In this document: positions 31,073 through 37,459 of the stretch, piece by piece
Numbering within the stretch: the stretch's first letter is position 1
Layout: each line of letters opens with the position of its first letter
Assembly (NCBI GenBank): GCA_965223905.1
Contig: CBDCXV010000002.1
Span: forward strand, 384,001 to 448,000
Reading direction: 5' to 3'
DNA: 64,000 nt
Source of the DNA: Candidatus Latescibacterota bacterium
GTDB taxonomy: Bacteria; Latescibacterota; UBA2968; UBA8231
Notes under the pieces: model-generated
What the model was told of the DNA's origin: nothing
What the model saw: the letters and a program-made list of their open reading frames with translations, nothing else
Databases searched by the model: none
Position numbers and translations under genes: made by a program

Positions 31073-31732
31073 TTAGGTGGAAGGTGGCGAGGCTGGAGCT
31101 TTGTTCGCTTTCTTTCGATTGTCTTCAACGAGCTTGGGTAACGTAAAACTATACGTTAAAAACACTTCCGTAAATACTTGTAACTGTCTTGTAGTATCTT
31201 CGTTGGCATCTTCGTTGTGAGCGGCTTCATTGCCATCAAGTCTAATAATATCAGCCCAATCTTTCATTGATGGTGTTATCATATGATTTTTGGATAAGTC
31301 ATCAATCCTGTCGATTAGCCTCGATTTCTTTGACAATGAACTATCTATCTCTACAGTAGCACGGTCGAGAACTTTACGAAACATCATAGCCGCGCTTGTA
31401 TAGCTTTTCCTTTTGAGATTATCTACAGCTTCTACATAATTATTGGCAATTGGTTTAGGGGTAGAATTTGGAGCTTCTACAGATTCAAACTGTGGATACA
31501 TTCCTATAATTGTGAATTTTTCATCGGTAGGATTTCCAGAGCACTTCATAGGTTTTTTATCGTCATCCAATATACGTAAACAAACCACAGTTATATTTCT
31601 GCAATTCCTACACTGGAAAAAAGAATTCCATCGATAGTCATAATATGAAGAATGAGTAAGACTTTCGCCCACACATGTATGTCCAAGATTAATCCCTTTG
31701 CAATGGGGACAATTTAATACCATTTCTGCCAT
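31073..31732 (-). CDS. Zn-ribbon + DUF4145 (HEPN-like) protein
   Basis: CPHC/CRNC; AA.M.RK.L; IRLDGNEAAH (R-x-N-x-H). Confidence 0.8.
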   Translation of the reverse strand: MAEMVLNCPHCKGINLGHTCVGESLTHSSYYDYRWNSFFQCRNCRNITVVCLRILDDDKKPMKCSGNPTDEKFTIIGMYPQFESVEAPNSTPKPIANNYVEAVDNLKRKSYTSAAMMFRKVLDRATVEIDSSLSKKSRLIDRIDDLSKNHMITPSMKDWADIIRLDGNEAAHNEDANEDTTRQLQVFTEVFLTYSFTLPKLVEDNRKKANKAPASPPST

Positions 31733-31762
31733 AATTTATTCTCTCAGAATTAAAAGGGCGGC

Positions 31763-32017
31763 CTATTCCCCAGAGGGAACTGTCTTAGTTGTATGAATAC
31801 TTCGATCCTCGATATGTCGATGAACCTTCTTATCCAGGTTTTTAATCTGCTTACTGATATTCTTGTGAGCCTTTCTGGATTCTTTCTTTGTGCGGCGCAA
31901 GTCTTCTTTCAAGTTATTGCTCACACTTCTGAGATACAAAGCTATCAATCCACCAGTTATTGCACTGGTAAAAGTAATATATCCAGGAACTACCAAGTCA
32001 CTAAGTGCTATTGCCAT
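31763..32017 (-). CDS. Small single-TM coiled-coil protein
   Basis: RBS GGAAGG; one TM followed by a basic helical tail. Confidence 0.5.
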   Translation of the reverse strand: MAIALSDLVVPGYITFTSAITGGLIALYLRSVSNNLKEDLRRTKKESRKAHKNISKQIKNLDKKVHRHIEDRSIHTTKTVPSGE

Positions 32018-32132
32018 AAGTTACCTTCCCCTTTATTGAGAAGGGCGGGCAACTGGTTCCCGAGACCCGAGAGCCGATCCACAAAAGGAGCCCTGATTAA
32101 TCCAGCGCCCGCCCTAAACGAAAGGAACACAA

Positions 32133-32246
32133 ATGCCTTCTGAGTTATATCAACCTTCACCCGAGCTTGCAGTAATAGTCGGTGATATGCCGCTGTCCTG
32201 GGTAAAGATCATGGAGATAGTAATGCGATCACATCAAGGAGAATGA
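32133..32246 (+). CDS. 37-aa mini-ORF resembling the start of a SWIB domain
   Basis: RBS AAAGGA; YQPSPELAVIVGDMPL. Confidence 0.35.
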   Translation: MPSELYQPSPELAVIVGDMPLSWVKIMEIVMRSHQGE

Positions 32247-32341
32247 CCTTGACAGATTGCCTAATGTTGTCACGGATGCCGCTCTACGGTCCCTTACTGG
32301 CGACCGAGAACAGCTATCCGCGAATGAGCTAACCAGGGTCA

Positions 32342-32902
32342 TTAAAGCCCACGTGACCCCAACGGGAAGAAAGGTGTAGACTGCTTAACCCTTCCCCAAG
32401 TTGTTGTTCTTACTGCGGTTGTCGCACTTCTGGTAAGGACTATCTCCCCTGTGTCGGTGGATAACGACAATTCGTCACCTTCCAGGATATACCCGAACGT
32501 CGCCGGTCCGAACTCGGGACCTTCCCCGATAAATTCATTTGCCAGCTCTACGACAACAGAATCACTCGGAACGTCGAGTCCGGCATCCTCGAACTGCTTC
32601 CTGACGAACGTCTCTACGTCGAGCCCGTCTACCAGTATCTCAGGTTCGGAAGTCGGTAGAAGGGACAAGATGTTGCCCCCGGAAATACTATCCTCTCCGG
32701 TGCTCCAGGTTCCCTCGACAACGGTTTCCAGGGTGGCGGAAAAGTCATCGGCAGAGACTTCCGCCGTAATCGTCAAGGTGAATGCCTGTCCGTCCTTGAC
32801 GGATAGGTCGAAGGCTTCACCGGTGCTCATGGTGCCGCTCCAATCTCCCTGTAGCTGAGCACTGGCGATAGCTGGTAACAAAAATAAAAACAAGTACTTC
32901 AT
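32342..32902 (-). CDS. Secreted acidic protein with C-terminal TAVRTTTWGRVK motif
   Basis: Signal peptide MKYLFLFLLPAIASA; RBS GGAG. Confidence 0.7.
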   Translation of the reverse strand: MKYLFLFLLPAIASAQLQGDWSGTMSTGEAFDLSVKDGQAFTLTITAEVSADDFSATLETVVEGTWSTGEDSISGGNILSLLPTSEPEILVDGLDVETFVRKQFEDAGLDVPSDSVVVELANEFIGEGPEFGPATFGYILEGDELSLSTDTGEIVLTRSATTAVRTTTWGRVKQSTPFFPLGSRGL

Positions 32903-33033
32903 TGTGGTTCTCCAATAAGGCATCCTGTGTGCTTCAGATACCCGGTTCTGAGGATAGGGGTGTCAACGGGGCAGGGGGGCGAATTCGGCTCCCCTGTCAC
33001 AAACGATATAACCTCGCGAAAGGAGGTTGTCAA

Positions 33034-33225
33034 ATGGATCAGGAACAGTTGAAGTGTGCCCGTATCGCCGTCGGCATGAAGCAGTGGGAGTTAGGCGTTG
33101 CCCTTGGCGTCAGCGAGGCGGAGATATGCCTGTGGGAGAAGGGAAAACGGAAGATGCCGGAACGGTATCTAACCCTGATGGGAGCGATCATACACCACCT
33201 GGAACACGGGTTGATTCTGTCGTAA
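33034..33225 (+). CDS. XRE/Cro-like HTH regulator
   Basis: RBS AAGGAGG; LK.AR...GM.Q.ELG..LGVS...I..WE.G. Confidence 0.85.
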   Translation: MDQEQLKCARIAVGMKQWELGVALGVSEAEICLWEKGKRKMPERYLTLMGAIIHHLEHGLILS

Positions 33226-33298
33226 CCTGTTGATTTTACGGTATTTGTGGTATAACCGTATAAAATTATTGCGCCGCTGCCAGGGATACCATATTATT

Positions 33299-33570
33299 GG
33301 CTCGTCAGCTTCGCTTGCGTAGGAACCTCCGTTAGTCGGGTTCCTGCCTGAATACAATAGCCATCATAACCGACCACGGGGTAGCGCACCTATGGTCTGG
33401 CGAATAGGGTAGACCTTCCCGCTCTCTACGCGGCGGAGTTGACAGAGCCCGGCACCAACGGTTGTCGGAAATCTGTCAACTTCACATAGTCCGGGCCGTA
33501 GTCGTCATCATCGTAATCAGGTTCCTTCAGCAGAATCTGGTCATCCTCTCTCTGGCGGCTACGGCCTTTT
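33299..33570 (+). ncRNA. Candidate structured RNA/leader with alternative pairings
   Basis: Long G:U-containing stems identified by eye (see findings). Confidence 0.5.
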
Positions 33571-33598
33571 CTATGCCTTGCGGGAAGGGTCCGAACAA

Positions 33599-34114
33599 AT
33601 GGCTATCTACGTCTTGCTGTTACTGCTTACAGGATGTTCCAGCTATGTCACCAAGGAAGAACTCCCGGAACTAATCGGATCGTATCTCAAATCACATAGC
33701 GGGAGAGTCACTGCACATACTCTGTATGCGAGAGAAATACGCCTTATGCCTTTTCCTCAAAATTATTTGTATGAGGATGGGGAGAGTCCGGGAGGAGTAA
33801 TATTAAAAGTCAATAATGAAGGATTTACGCAGTTTCTTATAAGCTCTCCAGGAGGAAGGATATATCTGGATGCAGATGATAAGGGAGGAACTTTACAGGT
33901 ATCCAATACATCCGAAAATGGGGGAGGAGCTACAATAATGAGCCAAGAAAATTCGTCATTCATATTAATTCGTCCAGGGAAGGATCTGGATAGAAATTCA
34001 ATTGCGTTAAGCTCTGAGAAGAATATTAAATCTAAGTTCTTTGGAACTCGAATTTTCGCAAACGATCATAGGGGAAGAGCTAAGACGATATATAGATCAC
34101 GGCCAATTGATTAG
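33599..34114 (+). CDS. Putative lipoprotein
   Basis: MAIYVLLLLLTGC lipobox. Confidence 0.65.
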   Translation: MAIYVLLLLLTGCSSYVTKEELPELIGSYLKSHSGRVTAHTLYAREIRLMPFPQNYLYEDGESPGGVILKVNNEGFTQFLISSPGGRIYLDADDKGGTLQVSNTSENGGGATIMSQENSSFILIRPGKDLDRNSIALSSEKNIKSKFFGTRIFANDHRGRAKTIYRSRPID

Positions 34115-34129
34115 AAAGAGGGGGAGAAA

Positions 34130-34438
34130 ATGAAGCCAACTGAACAGGCAATCCTACGCAAATACAAAACCGAGCTAATCGAAGAAGTAGGAAATACTAA
34201 AAACTCTACCCACCTAAGAACACTATCCGCAAGAATGTTCTTGGAAATTGATGCCTTAGATCATCCTAATGAGATGTCTGTATTAATTAAGTCAATTAAC
34301 AGACACACTCGGGAAACTCCTACTCACCTACGTTCCATCCAGACTACGCTTGAGTCTCTTGAGTGTAGCCTTGCGGAACTCGTGAGCTTTTTGAAATCTG
34401 ATAAGAAAGTCAGTCCAAAGCCTGTCTCTACCACATAA
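34130..34438 (+). CDS. Hypothetical protein (102 aa)
   Basis: RBS GGAG; helical composition. Confidence 0.6.
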   Translation: MKPTEQAILRKYKTELIEEVGNTKNSTHLRTLSARMFLEIDALDHPNEMSVLIKSINRHTRETPTHLRSIQTTLESLECSLAELVSFLKSDKKVSPKPVSTT

Positions 34439-34553
34439 AAAACCCTGCAATCTCGGGGGCGGTTTCTTTCTCCGCTCGTAGTTCTGCATTCTCTTTCTGC
34501 AAGCGGACAATCTCTTGCCGCATCTTCTTTGCAGCTTCTTTGTGCAAGTTCAT
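34428..34553 (-). CDS. Small coiled-coil protein (41 aa)
   Basis: MNLHKEAAKKMRQEIVRLQKENAELRAEK. Confidence 0.4.
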   Translation of the reverse strand: MNLHKEAAKKMRQEIVRLQKENAELRAEKETAPEIAGFFMW

Positions 34554-34626
34554 TGTTTCATCTTTTCCGCTCCACAAGTAGGAACGTCCTACGCCGGAGC
34601 ATTTACGCAGGCAAGGAGAATGTCCT

Positions 34627-34701
34627 ATGCCTACCTGGGTGGTTATCGTGCTTGAGGTGGCCCTGGAGCTAATCCAGATCATCTTGAAGTACGGAGCCTA
34701 A
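34627..34701 (+). CDS. 24-aa hydrophobic peptide (type I toxin-like)
   Basis: MPTWVVIVLEVALELIQIILKYGA; RBS AAGGAG 8 nt upstream; terminator directly downstream. Confidence 0.55.
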   Translation: MPTWVVIVLEVALELIQIILKYGA

Positions 34702-34706
34702 CGGCT

Positions 34707-34752
34707 AAGGGACAGTGAAGCCAGGGATATGAGTTTCGCTGTCTCTTTTTTT
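34707..34752 (+). terminator. Rho-independent terminator
   Basis: AGGGACAGTGAAGC / GTTTCGCTGTCTCT stem followed by a T-run. Confidence 0.65.
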
Positions 34753-34867
34753 AGCTTAGATGTTGAAGAACAGCAACAACCTAACTGCCCGCTGTTGAAT
34801 ACCACTATATAGTAGTATAAAGGGGGCAACAATTTGACAAGTGTCGCCGGACAGCGTAGTACTTAGA

Positions 34868-35054
34868 GAGACGGAGCGGAACAGACGGGATTTCGGGACC
34901 GGATTCCGATCCCTGGCTACAATATCAGGTTGTAGCGTACCAGCCCTCAACGGGCGTTGAGAGCGTGAAAGCTTCGTTTTCTCGGTTATCAACCATACGG
35001 CAAGCCGTATCGGAACGAGAAAAGTCGCTTTAGCCGCCTGCCCGCTACCGTCTC
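34868..35054 (+). ncRNA. Candidate 187-nt multi-branched RNA upstream of transposase 2
   Basis: Closing stem GAGACGG/CCGTCTC with at least 6 internal helices; TTGACA at 34834. Confidence 0.6.
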
Positions 35055-35068
35055 AAATAAAGGGTAAA

Positions 35069-36010
35069 ATGTTCTTAAATAAATGGAATAATCTGGTAAA
35101 ATCGCAGCCGGAAATACTCGGTCCTGCGGCACTGAACAGTGTTTCTATCCGGGAATTTTTCAGCCGCTTCCCCGACAAAACCACATCGGAACAATGGTTT
35201 GAACGCTTGCGTTGGGGGGAGGATATCCTATGTCCTCACTGTGACGCTATCCCGTCTGAATGTCCGCAACGGCGACCACAACCGTATTGGTGTGGTGTCT
35301 GTCGGCGGCGGTTCTCTGTGCGAACTGGCACCCTGATTGAGGGGTCTCCTGTGTCCTTTCAGGATTGGGCATTTGCCTTATACCTCCATGTAGTATCGCC
35401 GATTAACGCAGTCCAGTTACAGGGTTATCTCGGGATAAAGCAAGCAACTACTTGGTTCATGCTGCACCGTCTACGTTGTGCCTGGCCAGACCCGGAACCA
35501 CTTCGCGCGAAGGAAGCGGAGGTTGATGAAACCTATTTCGGCAGTGGCCGGGGAACGGCGGGCAAGACTACCGTTATCGGCATGAAGGACCGACATACAA
35601 AACACGTCGCGGCGGAAGTAATATCCAGTCTCGACAAGGCTGCCGTGCAGACATTTATCCGGCGCCATCTTCACAGTCAGGGACGGCTGTTGAGTGATGG
35701 CTTCCGCAGCTACACACGCTTCCGCTGGGTAAGCCTGCATGAGACAGTAGAACACCAAGACGGGGAGTATGTCCGGGGAGACGTGCATACCAACGGCATG
35801 GAATCATTCTGGTCGGGTCTGAAGCGAGCATACTACGGCGTTTATCACCATTTTCCCGAGAAGCATTTTCAACTCTACCTGAATGAGATAGTCGGCAGGC
35901 ACAACCTGCGTGACCGGGACACGACGGAGAGGATGAAGTATCTTGGGGAGAGGTTGGTTAGAGGGGGAGAAGGCGGTTTGATGGGACACGATTCGTGCCC
36001 CTTGTCCTGA
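35069..36010 (+). CDS. tnpA: IS1595-family DDE transposase 2
   Basis: RWG...CPHC, FSVRTGT, EVDETY, LSDG, HTNGMESFW. Confidence 0.93.
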   Translation: MFLNKWNNLVKSQPEILGPAALNSVSIREFFSRFPDKTTSEQWFERLRWGEDILCPHCDAIPSECPQRRPQPYWCGVCRRRFSVRTGTLIEGSPVSFQDWAFALYLHVVSPINAVQLQGYLGIKQATTWFMLHRLRCAWPDPEPLRAKEAEVDETYFGSGRGTAGKTTVIGMKDRHTKHVAAEVISSLDKAAVQTFIRRHLHSQGRLLSDGFRSYTRFRWVSLHETVEHQDGEYVRGDVHTNGMESFWSGLKRAYYGVYHHFPEKHFQLYLNEIVGRHNLRDRDTTERMKYLGERLVRGGEGGLMGHDSCPLS

Positions 36011-36111
36011 CGTAACTCAGGTCGTCCCTACCCTTCATCCGGGTAGGAAAGATTCGCGCCCTGTCTTGTGTAATGGCTTGAATCTTTGGCACCTTCTCCC
36101 CCTCCTAATCC

Positions 36112-36140
36112 TTGACATACATCGACGGGTGGCGTACAGT
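36112..36140 (+). promoter_or_regulatory. Sigma70-type promoter TTGACA-17-TACAGT
   Basis: Consensus -35, 17-bp spacer; predicted +1 near 36147. Confidence 0.65.
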
Positions 36141-36146
36141 GGAGGC

Positions 36147-36197
36147 GATCTGGATTAGCTCCAGAGCCACCTCAAGCACAATGACCACCCAGGTAGG
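36147..36197 (+). repeat. 51-bp inverted copy of the peptide coding sequence 34630-34680
   Basis: 48/51 identical to the reverse complement. Confidence 0.9.
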
Positions 36198-36209
36198 AAA
36201 GGGAACCCG

Positions 36210-36581
36210 ATGACCGGATCAACTTTGGAAACAGTACGGAAAGAACTACTGAAACTATTGGAGAGGCAGAGTAAGGACGATAATAATCGGCTTCGGGCTG
36301 CGGAATTGCTTATCAAGATGGAAAAAGACAGAAATATCTACGAAAAGCTTGAAACTATAAAGGGAGTCGATGCGGCAACTGTATCCACTATATTGGCAAT
36401 TGTGATGTCTATTGACCCTGACAAAGTCCAGGAGATTGTCTCATTCCTTAAAGAGAAGGTCGAAAGCCCTCCTAAACAACTCGGTACGACTGTCTCTATC
36501 GACGCCTTCATCTATAGAACAAAAAGCATCATCGATTCTTTTGAAATTATCGGAGGCCCCGTCAATAAGGCTACTCCGTAA
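36210..36581 (+). CDS. Hypothetical protein (123 aa)
   Basis: ORF downstream of the promoter, purine-rich RBS. Confidence 0.6.
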   Translation: MTGSTLETVRKELLKLLERQSKDDNNRLRAAELLIKMEKDRNIYEKLETIKGVDAATVSTILAIVMSIDPDKVQEIVSFLKEKVESPPKQLGTTVSIDAFIYRTKSIIDSFEIIGGPVNKATP

Positions 36582-36626
36582 ATCTTCCTGCCATCCATCC
36601 TGTAACCTGTTTCGTGGTGTGTCCAT
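36441..36626 (-). CDS. Small protein with TPRNRLxDGWQEDL motif (copy B)
   Basis: RBS AAGGAG; reads inward from the right TIR. Confidence 0.55.
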   Translation of the reverse strand: MDTPRNRLQDGWQEDLRSSLIDGASDNFKRIDDAFCSIDEGVDRDSRTELFRRAFDLLFKE

Positions 36627-36663
36627 GTTCGCTCCTTTTTGTATTATCCAGAGAATCAGTGCT

Positions 36664-36751
36664 CTACTGAAAATCCTTCGGTATTATTTCTCGTAGAACG
36701 TCGATTGAGCCCCTTTTCGGGGAAAATTGCGCTGTTAAGCGGATAGGTCCC
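36664..36751 (-). repeat. Right terminal inverted repeat (88 bp)
   Basis: Ends ...TAGGTCCC; matches 26023-26110. Confidence 0.92.
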
Positions 36752-37459
36752 GCTGAAACGACCGATGCCCTGGAACAGCGCGCGAATCCCGTTCTGGTAT
36801 CCATTGAATGCTTCGAGGATGGTGTCGAGGTGCTGGGACGCAATCGGGGCTTTGACCTTGCTGCCGTCTAGCAACTGAATCTCGAAGCTCCTGTCGTCCT
36901 GGTCAGCCTCGGGCACCGCACCTCGTATCGAAACTTCCTCGGTCAGTTCCTTCACTTTGGGCGACGCAAGGACCAGCCGTCGCCGGACGTCCCTGGTGAG
37001 CCTCGCCGTGGTTTTGTGGTCCGGACCATCGAATAAAACCGCTTCACCCTCCTTCAGGCTTCGCCCCAGCTTGTCGAAGTAGCCCAGCGTCCCCTCCGGC
37101 AGATGCGGCTCGATGGGACGTTCGTCTTCCGCTGCACTGATAGCTTGGATGATCGCGTCGCGCGCGTAACCGGAATAGGTCTGGCTGACTGCCGGGAGCA
37201 AGGTCGGCGGTTCCGAGGTAATTCGGATTTCCAGGGATGCACTGCCGGGATTAATCGCCGCGAGCCTCAATTGGATGTTCTTCGTGAAGCCACGGGGTGA
37301 CCGCTGACGGTTCGGGTGATCCGTGAGGAATTTGGACTTGGCCACTTCAACGACCATTTCTTCCAGCACCGCGACATCTTTCAAGAATTCCAGCGGGACG
37401 GAGTGGTCGTCGTAGCGCGCACCGACGAGGTGCAGGCGCATGAAAGGTTCCGTGCTCAT
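36752..37459 (-). pseudogene. 5' part of orf375 (includes the right TSD copy at 36752-36759)
   Basis: ATGA-coupled to hsdM; continues in frame at 26014. Confidence 0.9.

Larger units (their letters stand above)
26023..36751. mobile_element. 10,729-bp IS1595-family cargo transposon
   Basis: 88-bp TIRs, 8-bp TSD, two IS1595 transposases, low GC, interrupts a gene. Confidence 0.92.

Noticed and set aside
33340-33415. HDV-like or hammerhead ribozyme (CTGAATA, GGCGAAT)
   Set aside because: The required pseudoknot pairings and the CUGANGA/GAAA core could not be built by eye
33425-33605. Minus-strand acidic reading frame (EDDQILLKEPDYDDDDY...)
   Set aside because: No start codon between the upstream in-frame stop and the acidic segment; the region is better explained as + strand RNA structure
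34630-36197. 51-bp inverted repeats as the ends of a nested IS around transposase 2
   Set aside because: No flanking target duplication, the termini do not resemble the GGGAC-type ends, and one copy is peptide-coding
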